The position numbers were made by a program, and so were the translations under genes. Shown in pieces: positions 51,234 through 59,983 of a stretch of DNA of 64,000 nt. The notes under the pieces were generated by a model. The model searched no databases. It saw nothing but the letters and a program-made list of their open reading frames with translations, and was not told the origin of the DNA. Position 1 is the first letter of the stretch; every line of letters starts with the position of its first letter. The stretch comes from Flavobacteriales bacterium (lineage in GTDB: Bacteria; Bacteroidota; Bacteroidia; Palsa-965): the NCBI GenBank assembly GCA_040377305.1, contig JBEIPA010000010.1, positions 64,001 to 128,000 of the forward strand. Direction: 5' to 3'.

Positions 51234-51938
51234 CTACTCCGAAACCTTTTCCGCCGCTTCCTCCAGCAAATGCGCCTTCTCATCTCCCAGATATTTCTCC
51301 ACGATCCAGTGGAAGAGATAAATGAGCGGAGTCAATCCAATTGCGATCATTAGTTTGAAAATGTAATTGGTTGCGCCGGTGCTCATCCATTGCGATATCG
51401 TGAAGATTCCGGGAACAACGAATCCGATGAACAAGACAATGAACGTATCGATGAGCTGAGAGATGACCGTTGATCCGGTAGCGCGCAACCAAATGTACTT
51501 CCCTCCAGTTCTCTTCTTGAAATACCAGAATACGAATGAGTCAACGAGTTGTCCGACGAAGAACGCGGTGATACTACCTGCGATAATCCACATCGATTGC
51601 CCGAAGACCGCGTTGAATTGTTCGTCGTTCACAACACCCGGAACAACAAACGCCTTGGGTTGCATGGCGAGGTAGACGATCAGAAATGTGATGGCGATCA
51701 TTACGGATGTGATGACCGAAACCATTCTCAGAATTTTTCTCCCGTAATATTCGTTGATGATGTCGGTTGTAAGAAATACAATCGGCCAAGGCAGAATACC
51801 GACTATAGAAACGTAAGTTCCCATGCTACCGAGATCAATCTGGAACAACTTGGAACTGATCAACTCCGCCGTCACCGCGCAGGTAATGAACACTGCGATG
51901 AGCACTATGAGCAGACGTGTAGGTTTGTTGAGTTTCAT
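51234..51938 (-). CDS. yhhQ: Queuosine precursor transporter (VUT/YhhQ family)
   Basis: WPIVFLTTDIINEYYG, GSITAFFVGQLVD, WLRATGSTVISQLIDT. Start reassigned to MKLNKPT. Confidence 0.9.
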   Translation of the reverse strand: MKLNKPTRLLIVLIAVFITCAVTAELISSKLFQIDLGSMGTYVSIVGILPWPIVFLTTDIINEYYGRKILRMVSVITSVMIAITFLIVYLAMQPKAFVVPGVVNDEQFNAVFGQSMWIIAGSITAFFVGQLVDSFVFWYFKKRTGGKYIWLRATGSTVISQLIDTFIVLFIGFVVPGIFTISQWMSTGATNYIFKLMIAIGLTPLIYLFHWIVEKYLGDEKAHLLEEAAEKVSE

Positions 51939-51961
51939 CTGAAGTAAATATAAGCACAGAT

Positions 51962-52280
51962 AATCTTGAGGTGCCAAATTGGTACTTCAAGTTGCTGTTG
52001 GGCAGTGCTTTTCCAGTGAAATCTTGAGGTGCCAAATTGGTACCTCAAGTTGTTGTTGGGCAGTGATTTTCCAGTGAAATCTTGAGGTGCCAACTTGGTA
52101 CCTCAAGTTGCATTTTGGTGGTGTTTTACCACTGAAATCTTGAGGTGCCAATTTGGTACCTCAAGTCGCAGGTTGCGGTGTTGTACCATGAAATCTTGAG
52201 GTGCCAATTTGGTACCTCAAGTCGCAGGTTGCGGTGTTGTAACATGAAATCTTGAGGTGCCAATTTGGTACCTCAAGTTG
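51962..52280. repeat. Array of six 27-bp near-palindromes with related 29-31-bp spacers
   Basis: Core CTTGAGGTGCCAA(A/C/T)TTGGTAC(C/T)TCAAG starts at 51965, 52023, 52081, 52139, 52195 and 52251 (periods 58, 58, 58, 56, 56). Confidence 0.97.
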
Positions 52281-52304
52281 ACACAGGATTTAATCAATAC
52301 TTTA

Positions 52305-52312
52305 TATATTTG
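52305..52312 (+). promoter_or_regulatory. -7 promoter box of the ORF6N gene
   Basis: TATATTTG, 27 bp after the last array repeat. Confidence 0.6.
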
Positions 52313-52354
52313 CACATATAATTCACTATTTATCCATCTATATACCAATTTAAT

Positions 52355-52930
52355 ATGAAAGCGACAAAAAGATCAGCAATACCGAATGAAAGAATCATGA
52401 ATCGGATTTATTTCATTCGGGGACAAAAAGTGTTGATCGACAAAGATCTGGCATCACTCTACGCCGTTGAAACCAAAACATTGAATCGTGCTGTTCAACG
52501 TAACATCAAAAGGTTCCCGGCCGACTTTATGTTCCAACTCACTCCTGAAGAGACTGAAAACTTGAGGTACCAAATTGGCACCTCAAGCTGGGGCGGTAAC
52601 AGAAGAATGCCACATGTATTCACCGAGCAAGGTGTTGCCATGCTTTCAGGTGTTCTAAATAGTGAGCGGGCAATAATGGTGAACATTCAGATCATGCGCG
52701 TCTTTACGGAAGTCCGCAAAATGTTATTCGATAACTCCGAACTCCGCCTTGCTATTGAGCAAATCAGAAAGAAGACAGAAAACAACACGAAAAATATTGA
52801 AGTGGTTTTCCGGTATTTCGACGACTTTCTCGCGGCAAAAGAAAAAGAGAAACGCAAAGCAAGGAAATCTCCAATTGGATTTAAGCTCCCGAACACGACA
52901 CGAAAAAAAGTGGTTCGCAGAAAATCATGA
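52355..52930 (+). CDS. ORF6N-domain (KilA-N-related) DNA-binding protein
   Basis: RIYFIRGQKVLIDKDLASLYAVETKTLNRAVQRNIKRFPADFMFQLT...FTEQGVAMLSGVLNSERAIMVNIQIMRVF; C-terminal PIGFK. Confidence 0.93.
   Translation: MKATKRSAIPNERIMNRIYFIRGQKVLIDKDLASLYAVETKTLNRAVQRNIKRFPADFMFQLTPEETENLRYQIGTSSWGGNRRMPHVFTEQGVAMLSGVLNSERAIMVNIQIMRVFTEVRKMLFDNSELRLAIEQIRKKTENNTKNIEVVFRYFDDFLAAKEKEKRKARKSPIGFKLPNTTRKKVVRRKS
52561..52587. repeat. Intragenic copy of the array palindrome
   Basis: CTTGAGGTACCAAATTGGCACCTCAAG is the exact reverse complement of array repeats 4-6. Confidence 0.97.
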
Positions 52931-52948
52931 GTGCTGTTCTAACTGAAT

Positions 52949-52975
52949 CTTGAGGTACCAATTTGGCACCTCAAG
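52949..52975. repeat. Downstream copy of the array palindrome, overlapping the bioA stop codon
   Basis: CTTGAGGTACCAATTTGGCACCTCAAG is the exact reverse complement of array repeat 2. Confidence 0.97.
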
Positions 52976-54242
52976 ATTGTTTTGCACTCAGAAATTCCTG
53001 AATACTATTAAACACTTTCCGGAGTTGCTCGCTGGAAATGCAATACGGCGGTATCACATAAATCACATTACCAAGTGGCCGGATGATTATTCCGCGTTCG
53101 TGAAAAAATGGCGCGACCTTCTCTCCTACTGCTGCGAGATAACCGTGCTCTTGCGATTTCAACTCAACGGCCAATATGGTTCCACATGCCCGTGCATCTT
53201 TTACAAGAGGGTTTCCCAGAAACCATTCAGCTGCTTCGCGCATTGATTCAATCAGTCCTTGTATCTCGTTCCTGGTCTTCGGCAATTCAAGCAATTCTAA
53301 ACTAGCTACACTTGCTGCGCATGCCAACGGATTGGCGGTGTACGAATGCCCATGAAAGAATGTCTTCGTTCGATCTGCGGTTTCGTATGCAGAATAAATT
53401 TCCTTCGTACACAATGTTGCACCCAGCGGCATGAATCCACCCGTCAATCCTTTTGACAAACAAATGATATCCGGTTTGTGTTTGCAGCCGTCTGTCGCGA
53501 ACATTTTTCCTGTGCGACCGAATCCAGTCATGACTTCATCGGCGATGGTTATCACGCCGTGTTGCTTACACACTGCAATTAAGTTGTCAAGTGCGGCGTG
53601 CGAGTACATGATCATTCCAGCAGCACCTTGCACGATGGGTTCGAAAATGAATGCAGCCGAATTGGCATCGAGGGTTTTCTTAAGCGCGGTTATTGATTCC
53701 TCTTCTCTTCCTGGTACAGGAACCGGGATGTGAATCACTTCAAACAAAAATGGACTGAACGCGTTGCTGAAAACATTTCTTGCACCAACGGACATACTTC
53801 CGAACGTATCTCCGTGGTATGCGTTTTCAAATGCAATTACTTTTGTGCGTGGAGTTACTTTGTTGTGCCAGTATTGGAAGGCCATTTTCAGTGCGACTTC
53901 TACTGAAGTTGAGCCATCGTCACTGTAAAACACCTTGTCCATGTAAGGCAACTGTGATTTCAGTTTTTCGGCGAGAGCTACTGCAGGTTCATGTGTGTAT
54001 CCCGAAAACAACACATGCTCCATCTGATCGAGCTGCTGTTTGATTGCTTTCGTGATATGCGGATTGCAATGGCCGTGAATGTTCACCCACCAGGATGAAA
54101 TGGCATCGATATAGGTGTTGTTGTTTTCATCGAACAACAGTGCTCCTTTGCCACGAACCATGGCAACATTAGGTTCGGTGCCAATTTGTGGTGTGAACGG
54201 ATGCCAGATGTGTTGCTTGTCGCGATCGGAAAGAGAACTCAC
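52971..54242 (-). CDS. bioA: Adenosylmethionine-8-amino-7-oxononanoate aminotransferase
   Basis: HIWHPFT, DAISSWWVNIHGH, SDDGSTSVEVALK, ADEVMTGFGRTG, SKGLTGG, HGHSYTANP. Confidence 0.97.
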   Translation of the reverse strand: MSSLSDRDKQHIWHPFTPQIGTEPNVAMVRGKGALLFDENNNTYIDAISSWWVNIHGHCNPHITKAIKQQLDQMEHVLFSGYTHEPAVALAEKLKSQLPYMDKVFYSDDGSTSVEVALKMAFQYWHNKVTPRTKVIAFENAYHGDTFGSMSVGARNVFSNAFSPFLFEVIHIPVPVPGREEESITALKKTLDANSAAFIFEPIVQGAAGMIMYSHAALDNLIAVCKQHGVITIADEVMTGFGRTGKMFATDGCKHKPDIICLSKGLTGGFMPLGATLCTKEIYSAYETADRTKTFFHGHSYTANPLACAASVASLELLELPKTRNEIQGLIESMREAAEWFLGNPLVKDARACGTILAVELKSQEHGYLAAVGEKVAPFFHERGIIIRPLGNVIYVIPPYCISSEQLRKVFNSIQEFLSAKQS

Positions 54243-54856
54243 TTGAGACCGGGCCGGAAAAGCTCAGCGTACTTCGTGATCACATCGCGATTGATGATCG
54301 CTTCTTTCTGAATGTGGCCTAAACATTTCAGTCCGCTGTAGCTGAGAATGATGTCTTCTGAAAGTTTATGTGGAGGTCCATTGAAGATAATTCCCATTAC
54401 AGGAATATTGCGAAACTTCAACGAGTCTATTGAAAGAATGGAGTGGTTAATGCTTCCGAGATAATTCTGAATCACCAACACAACTTCCGCCTTGCACTTA
54501 ATGATAAGATCGACGATGAATTCGCGATCATTCAGCGGAACCATAATTCCACCGGCTCCTTCGATAACGAGAACATTGTCTGTGTTCGGCACTTCAATGG
54601 AATCGAGTGTGATTTGCTTTCCTTCGAGTTCTGCTGCTGCATGCGGTGACATATACTGACGAAGCACATAAGATTCAGGGTGAATTTTTGTGCGCTCGTT
54701 CGTAATGTACTTCTTCAGTTTATCAGAATCGGTTGAGAAGTAACTGCCGGTTTGTACAGGCTTCCAGTAATCGGCTTGCAAAGCTTCGCAGATAATTGCC
54801 GAAGCAACTGTCTTGCCTACATCTGTTCCGATTCCCGTCACGAAAATCCTCTTCAT
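54239..54856 (-). CDS. bioD: Dethiobiotin synthetase
   Basis: FVTGIGTDVGKT, YWKPVQTG, SPHAAA, IEGAGG, YLGSINH. Confidence 0.97.
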   Translation of the reverse strand: MKRIFVTGIGTDVGKTVASAIICEALQADYWKPVQTGSYFSTDSDKLKKYITNERTKIHPESYVLRQYMSPHAAAELEGKQITLDSIEVPNTDNVLVIEGAGGIMVPLNDREFIVDLIIKCKAEVVLVIQNYLGSINHSILSIDSLKFRNIPVMGIIFNGPPHKLSEDIILSYSGLKCLGHIQKEAIINRDVITKYAELFRPGLK

Positions 54857-54934
54857 ACTGGTAAAGCGCTAGGTAGTTAGGTTGTCAAAAATGGCTTATT
54901 TATCTGAAAAAAGTAAGCGTTTAGGTAAATAATT

Positions 54935-56104
54935 TCAGGATTTATCGACAAGTGACTGAGAAATGGCAGCGATCAGACGATCAATCTCAGCAGTCGTATT
55001 GTAAGAATGCAATATGATACGGAGACGTTCGCTGCCAGCTTTAACTGTCGGAGAAAGAACAGGCCGAACATCCAAACCGGCAGACTGACAAACCTCGGCA
55101 ACATTCCGAACATCGCTATTGCCCGGAACTATGATTCCCTGAATCGGAGAATCGGAGCGAATGAGCTTAGGCTTAAGCATTGATGCAGACACGGCAGTCT
55201 GAAAATAATCCAGAAGTCGTTTCAGGTCAACTCTTGCCTGTTCCGCTTCTTCTGCAAACTTCAGGCTGCAGCGAATTGCAGATAGATCGTGCATGGGCAA
55301 CGCCGTTGAGTAAATAAACGGACGTGCGAAGTTGATGAGATAATTGATCAATGTATGACTTCCGCAAACAGCTGCTCCGTGCACACCAAATGCTTTGCCG
55401 AAAGTAAACAGGCGGGCGAAAACCCGTTTCTCCAATCCTTGTTGCACGCACATTCCTGAACCGTGATCGCCATACACACCACCGCTGTGCGCTTCATCAA
55501 GAATCAGGGCTGCGTTGTAATACTCACAGAGTTCAACCAGTTTTTTCAGATCAGGACTGTCGCCATCCATGGAGTAAATCGTTTCTGCAACAACCCATTT
55601 TTCACCTTCTGATTTTACAAGCAGATCTTCGAGGTGATTCAAATCGTTGTGACGAAATGACCATGCGCGGCAACCCGACATGCGGATTCCATCTCGTACA
55701 GAAGCGTGAATGAGGTCGTCGTATATCACCGTTCCGCTTCGCGATGGCAAAGCACTGAACAATGCAAGGTTCGCGGTATAGCCTGAGTTGAATACGAGCG
55801 AAGAATCGCTGCTGAAAAATTCCGCGATTACTTCTTCGAGATAGTGTGCGTAGGTTGAATCTCCAGAGAGTAAACGTGAACCTCCTGAGCCAATGAATCG
55901 TGCTTCTCCGTTCGATTGCATGCGTACCCATGCATCGTGGCATAAATCAGCAAGCTTACCGGAACGCGCGAAACCGAGGTAATCGTTTGAGGAAAAATCA
56001 GCTTTGGAAAAATCTGCGGGACGAAGTGTACGGAATGAATTCTCGTTGAATCTTTTCCTGAGCCTTTGAGAAAGAATTTCCTCTGGTCCGATATTCGATG
56101 TCAT
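54935..56104 (-). CDS. bioF: 8-amino-7-oxononanoate synthase
   Basis: DFSSNDYLG, GSGGSRLLSG, HASVRDG, SMDGD, DEAH, TFGKAFG, RPFIYSTA. Confidence 0.95.
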   Translation of the reverse strand: MTSNIGPEEILSQRLRKRFNENSFRTLRPADFSKADFSSNDYLGFARSGKLADLCHDAWVRMQSNGEARFIGSGGSRLLSGDSTYAHYLEEVIAEFFSSDSSLVFNSGYTANLALFSALPSRSGTVIYDDLIHASVRDGIRMSGCRAWSFRHNDLNHLEDLLVKSEGEKWVVAETIYSMDGDSPDLKKLVELCEYYNAALILDEAHSGGVYGDHGSGMCVQQGLEKRVFARLFTFGKAFGVHGAAVCGSHTLINYLINFARPFIYSTALPMHDLSAIRCSLKFAEEAEQARVDLKRLLDYFQTAVSASMLKPKLIRSDSPIQGIIVPGNSDVRNVAEVCQSAGLDVRPVLSPTVKAGSERLRIILHSYNTTAEIDRLIAAISQSLVDKS

Positions 56105-56143
56105 TCAGTCAGCAAGTATTTAAGTAGGTACTTCCGGAAGAAT

Positions 56144-56881
56144 CTACTTGAGTTCATCAACTACGGATGGATCGTAACGAAGTCCGATCATCAGCGAGTA
56201 CGTTAGAATATTGTGCTTTACAACTCCGCCGGGCGAATCAACCGCCTGATTCTTGAAATACTTAAACTCGCAAGCCGGACGAAGGAAAAGATAGACGCCT
56301 GGAAATATAGCGATGTCTGCAATAGGACTCAGATTGACGAACGTACTGTTTGCGAGTGCGTCAGATCCGAAAAGATTGATTCTATCTACGTTGTTGAAAC
56401 TGAAGAAACCGAGATTCATGTTCGCGCTGAGTGAATACTTAGAACGTGCTTCGGGCCAGAAGGGAACTTCCATCTGCATGTAGATCTTGTCGAAACGGAA
56501 ACTTTCATCAAAAATGATTCCGCTTCCACCGGTCTGGCTCATCTGATTCTGAAGAACAATTTGTGTGAGAAAGAATTTTTCGAAATTCATGCCCAACCCG
56601 AATCGCAAATTGCCTGCGGGAAAGAGTACACCGAGATCGTAAAACTGGCTTGAATTTTTTGCGCGAAACTTTGAATCGCCGTTCGTAATTGCAGAACCGT
56701 TCTGATCGTAGATTGAAGTTTGGGTAAGCTCGGAAAACCAGTGTGCATTCCCCATTCCGTACGCCACATAAACCAGGTACTTTTCGTTATTCTGTTTCGG
56801 AACTGAATACCATTTCTGTGCAGTAGCCTGCGAACAGAAAATCAGAACGAAAAGTGCGAGTATGTGTAGGCCTTTTTTCAA
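56144..56881 (-). CDS. Putative outer-membrane beta-barrel protein inside the bio cluster
   Basis: TTG start, signal peptide, alternating beta-strand pattern, near-terminal YSLMIGLRY. Confidence 0.7.
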   Translation of the reverse strand: MKKGLHILALFVLIFCSQATAQKWYSVPKQNNEKYLVYVAYGMGNAHWFSELTQTSIYDQNGSAITNGDSKFRAKNSSQFYDLGVLFPAGNLRFGLGMNFEKFFLTQIVLQNQMSQTGGSGIIFDESFRFDKIYMQMEVPFWPEARSKYSLSANMNLGFFSFNNVDRINLFGSDALANSTFVNLSPIADIAIFPGVYLFLRPACEFKYFKNQAVDSPGGVVKHNILTYSLMIGLRYDPSVVDELK

Positions 56882-56883
56882 GA

Positions 56884-57888
56884 TTACGTCAGTTCAGGTA
56901 GTGGTAGTCCCGTCGATTCTTTCTTCGCGTATTTAAACGGCTCACGCGAACGTAATCCGAGGATTGAAAACAATTCCATGTCTTGGTTGAATGCCGGATT
57001 CGGAGTAGTAAGCAGTTTATCGCCGGCGAAAATTGAATTTGCTCCAGCCATGAAACAAAGTGCCTGTGCTTCATTCGACATTTCCAGACGACCAGCAGAT
57101 AAACGCACTACAGTTTTAGGCATAACAATTCGCGTAACTGCAATCATGCGTACAATATCCCACGTTGGAACTTTAGGCTGATTCTCCAACGGAGTTCCTG
57201 CTACAGCCACAAGCGAGTTTATAGGAACTGACTCGGGATGCGGTGCAAGTCCGCTCAGCGTTTTGAGCATTCCTAAACGATCTGCAGTGGTCTCACCCAT
57301 TCCGATGATTCCACCCGAACAGATTGTCATTCCTGCTTTTCGCACGTTCTTCAGTGTATCGAGACGATCCTGGTAATTACGTGTGGTAATCACTTCTCCG
57401 TAAAACTCTTCGGATGAATCGAGGTTGTGATTGTATGCATAAACTCCGGCAGCCGAAAGCTTCTGAGCTTGTTCTTCGGTAAGCATTCCCAACGTGCAAC
57501 AAACTTCCATTTCGTGTTTGTTGATGGTCTTCACCATGTCGAGAACGCGATCGAAATCAGAATTGTCGCGCACTTCACGCCACGCAGCGCCTAAGCACAT
57601 GCGCGATGCTCCACCCGCTTTCGCATTAGAAGCTGCTTCTTCAACTTCCGTAACGGAGAGAAGTTTCTGCACTTTCACATTCGTATGGTAACGCGCAGCC
57701 TGCGGACAATACCCGCAGTCCTCAGAACATCCCCCGGTTTTGATAGAAAGTAGCGAGCTCACCTGAACTTCTTGCGGATCGAAGTTTTGGCGGTGAACTG
57801 TAGCTGCTTTGTAAATAAGGTCAAGTAATGGAAGGTCGTAAAGACCAGTCAACTGCTCAAGTGTCCAATTGTGACGGATTTCGCTCAT
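56884..57888 (-). CDS. bioB: Biotin synthase
   Basis: [16 protein letters not shown] radical-SAM motif, [32 protein letters not shown]. Confidence 0.98.
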   Translation of the reverse strand: MSEIRHNWTLEQLTGLYDLPLLDLIYKAATVHRQNFDPQEVQVSSLLSIKTGGCSEDCGYCPQAARYHTNVKVQKLLSVTEVEEAASNAKAGGASRMCLGAAWREVRDNSDFDRVLDMVKTINKHEMEVCCTLGMLTEEQAQKLSAAGVYAYNHNLDSSEEFYGEVITTRNYQDRLDTLKNVRKAGMTICSGGIIGMGETTADRLGMLKTLSGLAPHPESVPINSLVAVAGTPLENQPKVPTWDIVRMIAVTRIVMPKTVVRLSAGRLEMSNEAQALCFMAGANSIFAGDKLLTTPNPAFNQDMELFSILGLRSREPFKYAKKESTGLPLPELT

Positions 57889-58039
57889 AATCAATAATCC
57901 AAAGATAGAAATTTAGCCCTCTTTTACAAGGAATTCGCGTGCGAAGATAAACGTCAGATCGATTCCGAAATTCAGGATTCTGTCATTCAGAAAACTTATC
58001 GAATCGCGAAATTCGGAATTCCGGAATTACATTTGCCGC

Positions 58040-58714
58040 ATGCGCATTGATATCATCACAGTTTTACCCGAGTTGATCAAAGGATCTTTCGAGCATTCCA
58101 TCATGAAAAGAGCTCAGAATAAGGGTTTGGCAGAGATAAATCTGATCCAACTGCGTGATTATGCCACGGATAAGCACAATTCTGTGGATGATTATGCCTT
58201 TGGTGGAGGTGCCGGAATGGTGATGAAGATTGAACCGATTGCTGCCTGTATTGCCGATCTTAAATCGAAACGCGAATACGATGAAGTTATTTATATGAGT
58301 CCGGATGGAGAATTGTTCGATCAACCTATGGCAAATAAGTTATCCACGTTGAAAAATTTAATCATCCTTTGCGGACATTACAAAGGTGTAGATGATCGCG
58401 TGCGCCAGCATTTGATAACGCGTGAAATTTCAATCGGAGATTATGTGTTGTCGGGCGGTGAACTTGCGGCTGCCGTTGTTGCCGATGGAATTATTCGTCT
58501 GCTTCCGGGAGTATTGAATGATGAAACATCGGCATTGAGTGATTCCTTCCAGGATAATTTATTGGCTCCACCTGTGTATACACGTCCGGCGGAATTCAAT
58601 GGATGGAAAGTTCCCGATATTCTTCTGAGCGGCCACGAAGTAAAAATAAATGAATGGCGTCACGAACAAAGTGTTAAGCGCACGAAAGAACGTCGTCCTG
58701 GTCTTCAGGATTGA
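58040..58714 (+). CDS. trmD: tRNA (guanine-37-N1)-methyltransferase
   Basis: [40 protein letters not shown]. Confidence 0.98.
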   Translation: MRIDIITVLPELIKGSFEHSIMKRAQNKGLAEINLIQLRDYATDKHNSVDDYAFGGGAGMVMKIEPIAACIADLKSKREYDEVIYMSPDGELFDQPMANKLSTLKNLIILCGHYKGVDDRVRQHLITREISIGDYVLSGGELAAAVVADGIIRLLPGVLNDETSALSDSFQDNLLAPPVYTRPAEFNGWKVPDILLSGHEVKINEWRHEQSVKRTKERRPGLQD

Positions 58715-59292
58715 GGTTGTTGTGTTGCATGTTCAGATGCTTTTTGATTTGCGTCTGCTAGTGCGACGAGAATTTCATCGCGTTCCTTTTTCGAAACAAC
58801 AACTGTGTCTGTAAAACGATCGTGCCAACCTCTATCGCTGAAACACGAGAACGCTTCGAACGGAATAAAGCGAATAAGCGAGCGAGTCAATGCAGTTTGC
58901 GGATCGGGTGGAGTTCCTTTTTTCATCATGACTACTCTGCCGAAAATCATTTTGCCCGGTGTAGAAGCAAATTTCCATTCGAAGAAAGAATAAAAAGCAA
59001 ATGCAATTAACCAACCTGTTGGAGTTATCGTATACGCCAACGCCATTGTGACACTGTAGGACTCATGCACGCCCGAAGCAGAAATAATCGGAAGAACCAT
59101 GCCTATGCCGCTGTTCAGTACGGACAAGATCAGTGCATCAACAAAGAAATGCGAGAACCGTTCGAATCCAGTAATCACTTTCACAGGACGAACGCCCCAA
59201 TAGTCTTCTTTCGTTCGCACACGTTTTCCGGTCGCATCTTTTACTTCTCGCGTCCTCGTTCTTCGCTGTGGAATATTTGTAATGTCGAACAC
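58705..59292 (-). CDS. RDD-family membrane protein
   Basis: [40 protein letters not shown]. Confidence 0.88.
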   Translation of the reverse strand: MFDITNIPQRRTRTREVKDATGKRVRTKEDYWGVRPVKVITGFERFSHFFVDALILSVLNSGIGMVLPIISASGVHESYSVTMALAYTITPTGWLIAFAFYSFFEWKFASTPGKMIFGRVVMMKKGTPPDPQTALTRSLIRFIPFEAFSCFSDRGWHDRFTDTVVVSKKERDEILVALADANQKASEHATQQPQS

Positions 59293-59876
59293 TAAATCTG
59301 CGGACCCTGTTGAGCGCGATACTGCTCTGCATTTCTCTGCGTTTCTTCTACTTCCATTTTTGTGATTGCATCAAAGAGCTTATCAGCTTCGTCTTTGTTT
59401 ACCACAAAAGTTTTTGACCATTGGTCGTGCCAGCCACGCGGCCACAAGCAGGAAATGGCTTCGAATGGAACCCACCGGCAAATTGTGCGCAAGAGAATGC
59501 GCGGAAAATCGGGGCGCTCACCATGTTCATCAATTACCACACGACCGAGTAGCATCTTCCCAGGAGTAGATCCGAAAAATCCTTCGAACCCGGCGTAGTA
59601 AATGAAATTATATAACAACGCCAGTGCAATGAGCTTGAGCTGAAGAGCAATAAGTTCATTTGGCTGCATGCTATACATGTCGGGATTCTTGAAGGCAAAG
59701 GCGAGATTGATGAGATAGCTTACGCCTTGCAACACGAGATAATCCAAAATGTAATGTCCGAATCGTGCCCATCCACGAACCACATTCACCTCACGGTAAG
59801 TGTAATACGGCTCGCCCGTGATTTTGTACTTGATTTCAACGATTTCCGTGATTTTATGTCTCCGAAAGTTCTCCAC
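59292..59876 (-). CDS. RDD-family membrane protein (paralog)
   Basis: ARFGHYILD, STPGKMLLG, RTICRWVPFEAIS, GWHDQWSKT. Confidence 0.88.
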   Translation of the reverse strand: MENFRRHKITEIVEIKYKITGEPYYTYREVNVVRGWARFGHYILDYLVLQGVSYLINLAFAFKNPDMYSMQPNELIALQLKLIALALLYNFIYYAGFEGFFGSTPGKMLLGRVVIDEHGERPDFPRILLRTICRWVPFEAISCLWPRGWHDQWSKTFVVNKDEADKLFDAITKMEVEETQRNAEQYRAQQGPQI

Positions 59877-59983
59877 CTGATTTTAAGTCGTTAGATTTTC
59901 AAAGAAAGCAAGATTTCTTGCTCTTTTAAGCGAAAACCGTATATTTGCACTCCATTTCGGAAAAATACTAATACAAAGTCGTC

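Noticed and set aside
51962-52280. CRISPR array
   Set aside because: Sizes are CRISPR-like, but the spacers are near-duplicates of each other, no cas genes are in the window, and the repeat recurs inside the neighbouring gene.
49834-52280. Integron (integrase plus attC array)
   Set aside because: The recombinase looks like ordinary XerD without the IntI insertion, the repeats lack RYYYAAC/GTTRRRY ends, and no cassette ORFs lie between them.
51962-52978. Diversity-generating retroelement
   Set aside because: No reverse transcriptase in the window, the repeats are far shorter than TR/VR pairs, and the differences fit a core inversion rather than adenine mutagenesis.
52950-53246. ORF starting MRYQFGTSR, and ORF 51835-52035
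   Set aside because: Both are by-products of the palindrome and overlap bioA or yhhQ; there is no independent coding signal.
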